The translations under genes were made by a program, and so were the position numbers. A stretch of DNA of 64,000 bases from Macrostomum hystrix (lineage: Eukaryota > Animalia > Platyhelminthes): assembly GCA_950097015.1 (NCBI GenBank), contig CATNEN010000007.1, positions 6,200,001 through 6,264,000 on the forward strand. Direction: 5' to 3'. Of the stretch, positions 51,702-62,919 are shown one piece after another. The notes under the pieces are model-generated. The model had not been told where the DNA came from, made no database searches, and saw only the letters and a program-made list of their open reading frames with translations. Positions within the stretch are counted from its first letter, which is position 1. Each line of letters begins with the position of its first letter.

Positions 51702-52589
51702 ATGGCCAAATGCTACCTGACATTGCTGGCGTGGCTGACGCTGCTGAGGGCTGCCGCAGGCCAGTCGGCCTGCTTCACGGAGTCCCAGTTCGTCTCCACC
51801 TGCGAGCCGTGGGTTCGAGTCGACGCCGGAAACGGCGGCATCCGCGGCTGCTTCCGGCCGGACCTGCCGCAGCCGTCGGGAGCCACCGCGGGCGAGTCGG
51901 TGATGTGGGACGCCGCCAACGGCGTGTGCGAGAGACGCCCGACCAGCTGCGGCGACCTCGCCGCCTGCCCCGGCTCCGGCCGCTGCCTCGTCTCCTGCGA
52001 CGTCGCCAAACGCGGCTTCCTCGCGCTGAGCCTCCGAGCGGGCGCCGGCGTCAAGTCGATCGACCTCGCCGAATCGCCGAGCCTCAGCAACGGCTCCGTC
52101 CGAGGCGCGCCCGACTCGGCCAGTCTCCTGCCCGACGTGTTCCGCGCCAGCGACATCGACCAGCTGCCCACCGTGGCGCCTCGCCTCACCTTCAAGGAGG
52201 CCGTCGTGCAGTTGTTCGCTGCCAACGCCGTTGTCGTGAGCATCACTTTCGACCTCTCGCAATCGCCTCACCTTCTGAGCAGGACCAACTGGTTCTCGAG
52301 GGACCGTCTGAAGTCCAGCTGGCCCGTCACCGACCTTTCGAATCGAAGCACCAACTTCTTTAGAATTTCCGGAGATAACGGAAACATTCGTCGCTGGTTT
52401 GTCAGCTTCTTCTACGGCGGCTGCCCTGGAGACCTCGCCCTCATGGTGGCTCTGGACACCACCGACACCTGCCCCTGGGGTAAGGGCCCGGTGACTTCAC
52501 CTCCGAGGTTTATCTACAGCACGCAGCCGACTGTGCCTTTGGTGACGAGCGGTCAGCTGGCAGACAAGCTGGCTGTCACTCTGCGCTGA
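51702..52589 (+). CDS. Uncharacterised secreted Cys-rich protein, copy 2 (295 aa)
   Basis: ATG at 51702; 888 nt like copy 1; about 10 substitutions versus copy 1; 5' flank also duplicated. Confidence 0.85.
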   Translation: MAKCYLTLLAWLTLLRAAAGQSACFTESQFVSTCEPWVRVDAGNGGIRGCFRPDLPQPSGATAGESVMWDAANGVCERRPTSCGDLAACPGSGRCLVSCDVAKRGFLALSLRAGAGVKSIDLAESPSLSNGSVRGAPDSASLLPDVFRASDIDQLPTVAPRLTFKEAVVQLFAANAVVVSITFDLSQSPHLLSRTNWFSRDRLKSSWPVTDLSNRSTNFFRISGDNGNIRRWFVSFFYGGCPGDLALMVALDTTDTCPWGKGPVTSPPRFIYSTQPTVPLVTSGQLADKLAVTLR

Positions 52590-53898
52590 CCGGCAGTCTA
52601 CGGACTTGAGATCCGGCATCCCTTAGGATGCCTTAAGTTGCATTGGACGCGGAAAAAATTCGCTCTCTCGTTTAAACAACCAATTTCGAATCGAAGTACG
52701 TCTACATTCCGAAGTGCAAGTGAAGGGATCGGGAAGAGCTTTTCTTCGGTAATTCTGCAATTTCATGGGGAATTGCAGAATTGCCTGTTGCGTATTGTGT
52801 GTCTCGTGCCTCATAAGGTAGAATAAGAAATTAATTTCAGGAGGACCTTCTGTGGTACTTTGCTTTGTAGAAAACTGCAATGAGTAACGGAAAAAAACTT
52901 TTTGACTTAAATTAAAGTTTGGTTGAGAGGCCTGAGTAGTTTATTAATTCTAATTATTTTGGTTGCATTCATATATTGTATTTTCAGTCTAGAAGTGCTC
53001 TAAGCTGACAGCCAATCAGCGTGCTTCAAGCGTCACAGTAATTTTTCTAACCCAATTCCCCAGTCAGTGTGCATCTATCGGCACCGTACAATACTTCGTG
53101 TTGCTAGTACTTTTCTCACCCCCAGTTACCACCTCAATGCAAAATAAAAATAAATATTACTGCGGAGCTAGAGCGCAGAGGTCGTAACGGTAGTACTCAT
53201 ACCTTGTTATGCGATAAAACGCCGCTGTCAAATCATTGTCCTTCTTCGTTACTTGTTCACCGAAACAAAGTTCAAAGTACGAGTTTTTTAAGCTTCGTAT
53301 ATCAACATAGCTTACTTATTTTCTGTTTCTATTTTCTCAATCTACAATCAGCTGTGCCATTTTGATTAAAAGTTTAATCTTAGTTTGAAAATCTTTTAAC
53401 TTAATAGTAACGGATAACATAAATACTATGTACATTCGATGTGCAAAAAAAGGTTTTTGAGAGGCATTCGATGTTCATTCGACGCACATTCGATGTACGA
53501 GCTACATGCGACGCACAATCAATGTACATTCGATGATCTTTCAGTGTACATCAAATGTTTTCTGAGGAGCATTCGATATACATATGATAAGCATATAATG
53601 CAAATCCGTTGTAATCAGCATTCATTCCATTTAATGAATTCTGTACATGCATATTATTTCATAACCTTCGAATTGACGATTGCAAATAAAAATAGCTTAT
53701 GTTTGGCCATTCACTCGTATTTCGACAGTAAACAGTGAACCGCTGTGAATGCTTGGTACGATCAAGTGTGCATGTACACAGCATGATGCAGGTGTCGAAA
53801 TCAGCACCTTTCATGATGTTCGCGCAGTCATCGCGTTCGCCATGACAGAAAGAAGCTATTTGATGAAAATCTAACGAAATGACAATGAAAGTACGAGC

Positions 53899-53990
53899 TA
53901 CGAGGGGTGTTTCAAAAGTAACGAGAATTTAGTCATAACTTTTTAATGGATAAACTTTTTAACTTGAAATTTTTACCCTGTAATTTTGCA
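53899..53990 (+). mobile_element. Possible Tc1/mariner terminal inverted repeat remnant
   Basis: TA|CGAGGGGTGTTTCAAAAGTAACGAGAAT resembles mariner-type ends; no partner end or transposase found. Confidence 0.3.
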
Positions 53991-54925
53991 AATATGGACA
54001 GCACACAGCTTCAGTTGCAACCCTGTCGGTCTACATGCACCAGTGAAATCTCACATTGAAGTCCAGACCTCGAGTCCAGCCCGACTTGTATTAACAAGTA
54101 CAAGTGTTATTGGCACATGCTCAAAGTTCTCCTCTTATCTTCAACATTCAAACTGACTAATGAATGCTTCTTTCATGTCATTTTGAGTGCGTCCCATTTA
54201 ATACACGGTATCTGTGTGCGTGTGTGCTCAGGAGTCAGCAGAATGAGAAGAATCAGCTTTCGCTGGCTGCGGGTCCCCTGTCACCAAATGATGTGCCATT
54301 GTTCGCAGCCCTCCTGCAATTAATTTTCGCAATATTGCGCAAAGTAGCTTTGCATGAGTGAGGAAAAATATAATTGTCTGCCATATAAGCACGTCCGATA
54401 GCATTGAATGCTCATGTCTAGTATTTTTAACAGCAAGAAAGATATTAAAAGGATTAATAAAAAACATCACAACAATTGAATGTCTATCAGCAAAGACGGA
54501 ACAAAGATGTAATCTAATGAGTCAGGATTTATTGTTCAGATGTAAGTTTGAGGAGTACCTTCAGTTTAGGTAGGAAACAGCTGCTTCACGTCTCACCCGC
54601 AATAACAAAATTACAATGTGCTTGGACCCCAGTTTAACAATGAATAGTCCATTATTCAATTGTAACTCGGGTAAGCGAACTGCCCAACTGCCCTAGGCCT
54701 CTTGGCTGCAAGACCCTCCTCCGCATTGAGCCCATCCAATTAACATTTTCTATGCTTACCTTCTCAAACATCCAATTAGCTAGCGAGAGGGAAATTGCTG
54801 AGCGGCTGCGGGCCGCAAGGCAAGTTTCTTCAAGCCGGCCAGCATAATAATTTATTAATAATTGCTGAATTTTCTGCCATAAAGCTGGTCGGGAAAGAAA
54901 GAACAGACAATAGTTCTTTTCTAGC

Positions 54926-55822
54926 ATGGCTGCAAAAGTAGCCTCTGTCTTGGCGACCCTGATTACTTGGCTGACGCTGCTGCGGGCTGCCGCGGGCCAG
55001 TCGGCCTGCTTCACGGAGTCCCAGTTCGTCTCCACCTGCGAGCCGTGGGTTCGAGTCGACGCCGGAAGCGGCGGCATCCGCGGCTGCTTCCGGCCGGACC
55101 TGCCGCAGCCATCGGGAGCCGCCGCGGGCGAGTCGGTGATGTGGGACGCCGCCAACGGCGTGTGCGAGAGACGCCCGACCAGCTGCGGCGACCTCGCCGC
55201 CTGCCCCGGCTCCGGCCGCTGCCTCGTCTCCTGCGACGTCGCCAAACGCGGCTTCCTCGCGCTGAGCCTCCGAGCGGGCGCCGGCGTCAAGTCGATCGAC
55301 CTCGCCGAATCACCGAGCCTCAGCAACGGCTCCGTCCGAGGCGCGCCCGACTCGGCCAGTCTCCTGCCCGACGTGTTCCGCGCCAGCGACATCGACCAGC
55401 TGCCCACCGTGGCGCCTCGCCTCACCTTCAAGGAGGCCGTCGTGCAGTTGTTCGCTGCCAACGCCGTTGTCATGAGCATCACTTTCGACCTCTCGCAATC
55501 GCCTCACCTTCTGAGCAGGACCAACTGGTTCTCGAGGGACCGTCTGAAGTCCAGCTGGCCCATCGCTGACCTTTCGAATCGAACCACCAACTTTTTCAGC
55601 GTCCCAGGTGACGCTCCGATATATCGCCGTTGGTTCATAAACTACCTGTACGACGGCTGTCCGTTGGACCGCGGCCTCATGCTGGCCCTGGACGTTACCG
55701 ATGGCTGCTCGTGGGCTGGCAACGTGTCTTCGCCGCCGAAGTTGATGTACAGCACGCAGCCGACTGTGCCGTGGGAATCGAGCGGTCGCCTGGCAGAGAA
55801 GCTGGCTGTCATTCTGCGCTGA
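54926..55822 (+). CDS. Uncharacterised secreted Cys-rich protein, copy 3 (298 aa), divergent leader and C-terminal third
   Basis: Core near-identical to copy 1. The C-terminal ~85 aa are diverged but keep frame, both Cys, RRWF and YSTQPT. Confidence 0.85.
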   Translation: MAAKVASVLATLITWLTLLRAAAGQSACFTESQFVSTCEPWVRVDAGSGGIRGCFRPDLPQPSGAAAGESVMWDAANGVCERRPTSCGDLAACPGSGRCLVSCDVAKRGFLALSLRAGAGVKSIDLAESPSLSNGSVRGAPDSASLLPDVFRASDIDQLPTVAPRLTFKEAVVQLFAANAVVMSITFDLSQSPHLLSRTNWFSRDRLKSSWPIADLSNRTTNFFSVPGDAPIYRRWFINYLYDGCPLDRGLMLALDVTDGCSWAGNVSSPPKLMYSTQPTVPWESSGRLAEKLAVILR

Positions 55823-57132
55823 TTCAACACAATGCGAACTGAAATCGATTTTTATCCGCTCTGCGTCTCACTAAGGATTTTTTAAGATTTTCTCACTCTC
55901 CCTTCTGTTCGTCTCGAAAGTGCAATTTAGTTGTGCATGGTTTATTAAAATTTTTTCTCTACGAATATATTCGACAGCTTACCTTACTATATTATAATAG
56001 CTATTACTATAATACTAATATAATAATTACTATATAGCCTCATTTCTCGGGAGCTTGGAAATGTCGAAAATTCAGTGACATTGAGCATATTGTCTATATA
56101 TACAAGTGTATTAGTTATTTCTATTGTTGAACCAATGGGACCAATAGGCTAGCGGTTGGCTGGTGTCAAAAAGTGAAAATTAATATTTCAATCCCTCTAT
56201 TTATGTGTTTTTCTAGTTTCTAAAATATTTATCACTTTCGTACCGCTGAGCGGTTGACAATGAGTGACGAGTTCTTGAACTTTAGTAGACCTTTTTATTG
56301 CACAGAATCCTCCCCATCGATTGCTTTCTATATGCTTATATAGTGCTGCAGTTTCCTCAGCTGATTCGAAAGTAATGATCGCGTTCTCTTTAGCGTGCTG
56401 CGATTTTTTTCCATTGGCGTGTCTGATCTTGACAAGCCGCGATCGATGAAGAACATGATAAAATATTATTAAGAGACAAATATGCATGAAGAGTAGCAGC
56501 TCAAAAGTTGTTTCGGAATGAATCAAATAAATATTATTTCTACAAGCCAAGCTGCACTTCTAATATTACGATCGGATGGTTTGTAGATCTGCTTCTATTT
56601 TAAGCAAGAAAAAAATACGAAAAGGAGGCCGAATTTTTCGTCGGATATCATTTTATTTGATACGTCGAGAGCCTTACTACGACAGCCAAAGGTTTATGAC
56701 TTAGGACAATGTATGCATGATAAATACTACGAAATGCTGTCATTACCTACATCAGAAGTTTGTGTCGAGGACTTTAGTGAATAATTGAGCCGTTCGGGAG
56801 CTAGTCGATTGCAAGCAAGCAAGATTTTCATTTATAGTATATTAAAAGATGGTGACAGGTTTTAAGTTTTGAAAACTTATGTTTTTCTGTTTTTTGTAGT
56901 TATATATTTTCGTTTTTTGAAAACTGTCTGTAATATTTTTAAAACCACTGAAATACAATGTTTTGTTATTTTTATTCTTTTTTCGTTTTTAACTTTTGAG
57001 CTTTCTTCGAAATCTAAAAGTACCTCGATAGTTAGGTAGGTCGCTGACAAAGACACGGAACGGAACTAAGTTGTGAAACTTATTCACCTGCATAATCACT
57101 ATCGACTAGACGCCAGCGACCTAAGACTTTTC

Positions 57133-58419
57133 ATGGATCTATATCGCCGATTCGTTACAGAGGTTGTTCCAGATATTTTGCGCGGTATTCCAGTGCCAGA
57201 TAGTATTTCTGGAATTTTCAAGCTCTCAGGTATGCTATGCTACCATTATAAATAAATATATGCATATATTTACTTCTTTGTTTTTTCACTTTTACTCCAA
57301 AACAAATGTTTTACTCTTTCGCAGTTAATTATCATTAAAAAAGTTGTCAGTAGTTATTTTTTGTATGGTTTTGACATCAACAATCTTACATTTTGGTTTT
57401 TTGTTTGCAATACAATATCTGATGGAAAGCAATACAGTAAGCAATAAGCATTAGAATGTTCTCAAAGTGTTAGGACTTTGCTTATATATCTCCTAAGCAG
57501 CTTTTTCTAACACTGAAGGGTTATCTAGAATATAAATATATTCAAATATTCAAGTATTATAATAGGTTTTTTTGCCTGGTATATTCAAAATCTGAAGAAA
57601 TACAATGAAGCTAGCTACTTGTTGAAACTTGTACCACTTAGCCATCATTAGTATTAGCACTGCGTCATTCTAGTACTTATAAAGCGCAGTACATGTCATG
57701 GAAAATAGTAGTAACTAAAACTTCTAGATTCTTTTTGTCCTCATACAAGTAATATTAAATTCTTCTTATTCTTATAAAATCATTATTAAAGCAAAGCAGT
57801 GATGAGTGGGTAGTTAATGTGTACTTGTATATTTTAGAGAATGAAAATTTTCTTTCTGAATTCTTCATGAAACTTTAGTTTTTAGATTAATTTGCAACTG
57901 TTTAAATTTTTGCCTAAATTTTTACATATGATTTTTATGTCTGCTTCTTTAGTCACAGTGAAAATGTATGTGCTAAAACATAATTTTACTGACTTTTTAC
58001 TTATGAGCCTTACTCTCCTATTTTTAGAGAAGAATTTGGATGAAATTTTTGTTAGTGTGCATTCTGAATTCATTATTTTCTCTTTAACAGCCTCAGACCT
58101 CGCCAAGCTGACTATATTCACTAGCGTGTCCAGCTGCCTGGTTTACTCAGTCTTTACCACATGTCGGCATCATTTCTCTGCTAAATCATCTGCCTGCTGC
58201 CGCGACCCGGTCGTCAACTGGAGCGTGCAGAAGGATCGGGACAAGGTGGTTGACACGCTGGATATTGAGGACATTGCCGGCGACAAGGCCAGCATGTGTC
58301 GCTGCTGGCGCTCACACAAATTTCCCTACTGCGACGGAGCGCACAACCAGCACAACAAGGACGCCGGCGACAATGTCGGCCCCGTCAATGTCAAGAAGGT
58401 GCCCAACGCAGACAAATAA
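57133..58419 (+). CDS. CISD2: CDGSH iron-sulfur domain (NEET) protein, CISD2-type, 2 exons, about 141 aa
   Basis: Exons 57133-57229 (MDLYRRFVTEVVPDILRGIPVPDSISGIFKLS, CISD2-like N-terminus) and 58091-58419, joined in phase 1. TM segment followed by VN..VQKD..KVVD...CRCWRSHKFPYCDGAHNQHN...DNVGP. Confidence 0.9.
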
Positions 58420-58992
58420 ATGCGCGAAAATAGCTTGACTGGAACCTGAAAATGAGCCTATTCATATTAGTCAAGTTTCGTCTTCATAGTGCTTCCTCCC
58501 CCATTGTAGAGCTCAATTGTAGCTTGACAAATAAATATTGAATGAAAAATTTGTAGGATTATAATTATTGTTGAATTGTTTTTTAATAAACTTTAAAACC
58601 GAATCGTGAGTGAAGCACAGTAAAGTTTGTCCATATTTACCTTTTTATCCATTTAGCTTTAACCGCAGGCATATGTACTTTCAGATGCGCTCATTCGACC
58701 AAATTATTACTTTAGAAAAAATATATCGTGTAAATGTCTTTAATGTTCTTGCTTGTCTTCTATTGACATACTGATTAAATTTTTATTTGACTTGACATCA
58801 CAAAAGTAACGTCGCAAATATTGTTAAGTACTTTTATATGTAGAGCAGTTCTGCTTTGTATTTACGATCCAGCAAGTGTCACAAACGCGGGTGTCTAGTT
58901 TAGAACTACCGGCAGTGGGTTTAGAACAAATCTGGGCAGGCACTGGAGCAAGTCTGAAGTTGAAATAGAATCAGCCATTCAGTCCTCAAGGC

Positions 58993-61369
58993 TCAGGAGA
59001 AAATGATCATTCGAGTGGCCGACAGAAGGTCCGTGACTGTCTTGAGGTACTGGAAGTCAACCTCGGCCACCCTGTCCTTGGCCTGCTGGCTGCTGAACTC
59101 CTGGAAGGCGTGGTAGAAATCGGCGTGATAGCCAAACTCCTCGTCTGGCTCGTCGCTGAACTCCTCGGCAAACTCCTTGACCTTCAGGCGGCGGACGTGT
59201 CTCCGGGTCACGGAGAACAGGTGGTAGTCGTCTTCGTTGACCGGACAGTCGTCGAGGTGCTCGCAGGCCTGTTGCGTTGGATTAAAATTGATTTATGAAA
59301 TTTTCAGATTATAAGTAAAACGGATCGTTTAATTGTAGTCTCACCTGGACAATGATTGACTCGCGATTCTTGATCTCCGAGTTCCAGCGGCTCCAGGCGA
59401 ACGCCATCGCGGGGCTGAGCAAGGCCATCTGTTCGTACAGGCGGCGCTCCGCGATGCTGCTCTTGTCCGGAACGTCGACGTGTTTGGACGAGTCCTCGCG
59501 CGGGAACAGGTTGACACCGGCTGCACGCAGACAGGCGATGAGGCTCCTGACTGACATCCACTTGCCCTCCAGGTGGGAAAGCTCTCGCTTGCCCATCTGC
59601 ACTTCCGGGTCGGCCTCAGGACTGTCCTCGGTGCCGTCGGATTGCGTCTCCGGGATGCAGACCAGGTCCTCCTTCACGTGGATTGCCACCTCGTTGATGC
59701 TGGCGATGATGTTCAGCCGGCAGCTGCGGGTGCCAAGCGGTCGGAGCTCCCACTGCTGGAACGGCATGTTGATGTGGAAGTCCTGCAGGAAGCCCAGGGT
59801 GCCGAACACCGAGGTGCGAAAGTGCAGAACCCGCTTCTCCTCGTCGAACTTGGTCACTTCGATGCCGTCCGTGCGCCACTCCTTGCGCTCTGCGTCCCAG
59901 CGGGCCACCTTCGGCTCCTCGGCGTAGAACACGTTTGATGGCAGCTTGAAGCTGACGGAGATTGGCGGGTTCTCAATCTCCGGGGGCTTCTTGTTCGCCG
60001 CCTGCTGCTGAGTGCTGGTGGCAGTGAGCTGGTTGCTAGCCGTGGTCGGATTGCTGCCCTCAGTGATTGAATTCACATCCCCGGCCTCGTCTTGCTGCTG
60101 CTCCTCGTCCTTGCGCACAATGGGCTGGGGGTGGTAGTCAAAACTGACTGGCTGCGGCGGCACCAGGTGTTGCACTATGGTCCAGCCGCGCTTGCTCTGC
60201 GGCTGCGGTGGCAGCTGGAGGATGTTAAACTGCATCACGGGGCCGATTGTGTGGTAGCCACGGAGGTCCATGGCGTCCTCCTCACCATCGAAGTCCTCAA
60301 ATTCTATTGGCGGAGGGGACACACAGAGGTCCTCTTCGGGCGTCTCCAGCTCCTCCTCGGGCTCCGGCTCGGGCTCCTTCTCCGGCTCCTCGCCATCAAC
60401 TCGCTGCAGCTCCGCCATCAGGTCCATTGTCGGCTCCCGTACTGGCTCATCCTCAGCCTTCTCTTCCTCCTTGCCGGCTCCTTCCTCGCCCTCAACCGCA
60501 GCCTCGGCAGGCGCGACTTCCGCCTCCGGCGCCACCTCGTCCTCGGGCTTCTTGACTGGCATGGCGTAGTAGCTAGCCGACTGCGGCGAGTAGTGATCGA
60601 ATGTGGTGAGCAGGAACTGGTAAGCGCATCCGACCTTCGTCAGCGCCTTTGGCACGTCGAAGCCGATGCCTGATTCTGCAAATTCAAAGCTTTTGATGCG
60701 TGGATTCTTGCTGAGGTTGCCCCAGAGGCACAGGCAGATGGTGTCGCTGCGCCACACGGCCTGTAGGTTCATGGTCTCCGAGTCGGCCTGGTTCGCGCCC
60801 CGGCGCAGCATCTCGTAGGTTGTTCGGCTCAGCTTCTGCTGCAGCAGCGCCTGCAGGTCGGCCACGGTGCCGCGGTATTGCCGCACCTCCTCGGGCCGGG
60901 CCGAATCGTCAGCCAGGTGGTCCTCTAGTTCGGCGATCAGACCCAGGCAGGGCTTTGAGTCGGCCAGCACGTCCTCTATTAGCAGCCGCTTGTTGTCCTC
61001 GCGCCAGGCCACCATGTAGGTGTTGATCTCGGGCAGCACCACCGGGTCGGGTGAGCCGTCGCACCTCAGGTAGCGCCGCCAGCGTTCTTCACTGCGCAGG
61101 GCAGCGAAGTGGGCGTCCCGGCTGGCGTGGTAGCCGCCAAGCAGGGTGCGCAGCTCCGACAGCTCCACTATGCGCACCTTCTGCTCCGTCTTCTCCCGCT
61201 TCTTGCGCTCCTCGGCCTCCGTCTTTTCGCGCTTCCTCCGCTCGCGGTCCTCCTGCTCCTGACGGATTCGCTCCTCCTCCTCTGCTAGGCGTCTGCGCTC
61301 CTCGGCCTCCCGCTTGCGCTTCTCCTTGTCGCTCTTGCCGCCTTTCTTGCTGTCCTTGGCGCTGGGCAT
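58993..61369 (-). CDS. DNAI7: CASC1 / dynein axonemal intermediate chain 7 (CFAP94) homologue, 2 exons, about 766 aa
   Basis: Exons 61369-59345 and 59268-58993 (phase 0, 76-bp GT-AG intron). K/E/R-rich N-terminal coil, WRRYLRCDGSPDP...EINTY, LCLWGNLSKNPR, P.VARWD...WRTDGI, QDFHINMPFQQWELRP, AGVNLFP, FAWSRWN, LLSATRMIIFS. Confidence 0.9.
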
Positions 61370-61621
61370 GGCTGGGCCTCTGTATTTATGCGTTAGAAAA
61401 AAAACTGCCTTCTCGATGCAACTTCTTCAGCTCCGGAAACCGGACGCGAGAGGACAAGGGCCCGGGCTGCTGGCTCTTCTTCAACTACTCAACTTGAAGG
61501 AGGCACAACAAAAGAAATCCCACTGACGCTGCTGCCTTAAATACAAGAAGAATCAATTGTTGTAGAATGCAAATAAATGCCTCGGCGCCTGAATTTTGAA
61601 TCGGCGGGCTAGGCTAACTGC

Positions 61622-61636
61622 GTTACCCGGGGCAAC
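61622..61636. promoter_or_regulatory. RFX X-box upstream of CASC1/DNAI7
   Basis: GTTACC-CGG-GGCAAC fits GTNRCC-N(0-3)-RGYAAC, about 250 bp upstream of a ciliary gene start codon. Confidence 0.65.
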
Positions 61637-62232
61637 GCTGAGCGGGGGTCTGTGCGCTGGGCCCAGTGTGCGCTGGGGCAGGAAGGGGTGGTGGGGCTGA
61701 ATGTACGCCGTCCCCCCCTGCCCTTGCCCTGCCCTGCCCCGTACACTTCTCACATCCATGCCCACGTCCCCCCAGCCTAACACAGTCGCTTCTTTCTCGA
61801 AGATATTAAGGCTCAGAGTCAGAGGCTCTCAGGCTTGAAGCCAATACACATTGCAGTGTCAGCCTTGCCCTTGATGATTTCTCTCTCACCTGGACCCCAG
61901 TACCAGTAACTAATTAATTGGCTAATGTAATACTCGTAACGCATACTCATAATGCAAGACATAATAAGTGCAGTTGTGTATTACGCGTTTGACTCTACTG
62001 TCAGTAACGTGCTCATAAAAGCTCTGACAAGAATGAAAAAAATTAACATGGAATATTGTAAGTTTATTGGGAATAAAAGATTAGGTCACAAAACCTGACT
62101 TCACGGATACCACCTGACTACAACACCCAACTGATGAAAGGCAAAGCACTTCAAAGGTCTCCAGATGGATACCTGATCCCCTTTGCTCGGATAACTCGGA
62201 ATTATCTGATCCTCATGAGAGTTCTGATGCCC

Positions 62233-62624
62233 AGGTGAGCTCTGATACCCTGGTGAGCTCTGACCCTCAGGTGAGCTCTGATCTTCAGGTGAGCTCTGAT
62301 CCTCAGGTGAGCTCTGATACCCTGGTGAGCTCTGATCCTCAGGTGAGCTCTGATCCTCAGGTGAGCTCTGATCCTCAGGTGAGCTCTGATACCCTGGTGA
62401 GCTCTGATCCTCAGGTGAGCTCTGATACCCTGGTGAGCTCTGATCCTCAGGTGAGCTCTGATACCCTGGTGAGCTCTGATACCCTGGTGAGCTCTGATAC
62501 CCTGGTGAGCTCTGATACCCTGGTGAGCTCTGATCCTCAGGTGAGCTCTGATACCCAGGTGAGCTCTGATACCCTGGTGAGCTCTGATCCTCAGGTGAGC
62601 TCTGATCCATGGGTGAACTCTGAT
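62233..62624. repeat. 18-bp minisatellite (GGTGAGCTCTGATCCTCA / GGTGAGCTCTGATACCCT)n
   Basis: About 22 units of two interspersed variants. Confidence 0.95.
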
Positions 62625-62919
62625 CTACATAAATATATACAGACAATACTACCGTTGATATAAACAAACAAAACAATGAAAGGGAATAGTGAGAGTATTT
62701 TTGTCTAGAATTTTACTGTGCTTTTTCATTTTACGTAAGACAGAAAATATTATTTCAATTTTTTATATCACAGGCAAGTATCATAATGAGATAATTTTAT
62801 AAATTAAATAGCTGGTTCATCCCACGCTGCTCAAAACTATCAAGATTTTCAAAACTGTAAGGGTCTTCGAGTTTGAATGAAGTGGGAGTTCGGATGAAGC
62901 CAGAAGCCAACTGGCTGCT

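Noticed and set aside
45678-55569. Antisense and alternate-frame ORFs over the three secreted-protein genes
   Set aside because: Shadows of GC-rich coding sequence. Only the signal-peptide frame is conserved through the divergent C-terminus.
57892-58090. N-terminal part of the 175-aa ORF as the start of CISD
   Set aside because: Intronic read-through. The acceptor is at 58090/58091 and the homologous N-terminus is encoded at 57133-57229.
62101-62676. 191-aa ORF with a hydrophobic start and YQSSPG/DQSSPE repeats, reminiscent of the Pol II CTD or a mucin
   Set aside because: It starts at TTG rather than ATG, the repeat is conserved at the DNA level without a synonymous-change pattern, and the flanks are UTR-like.
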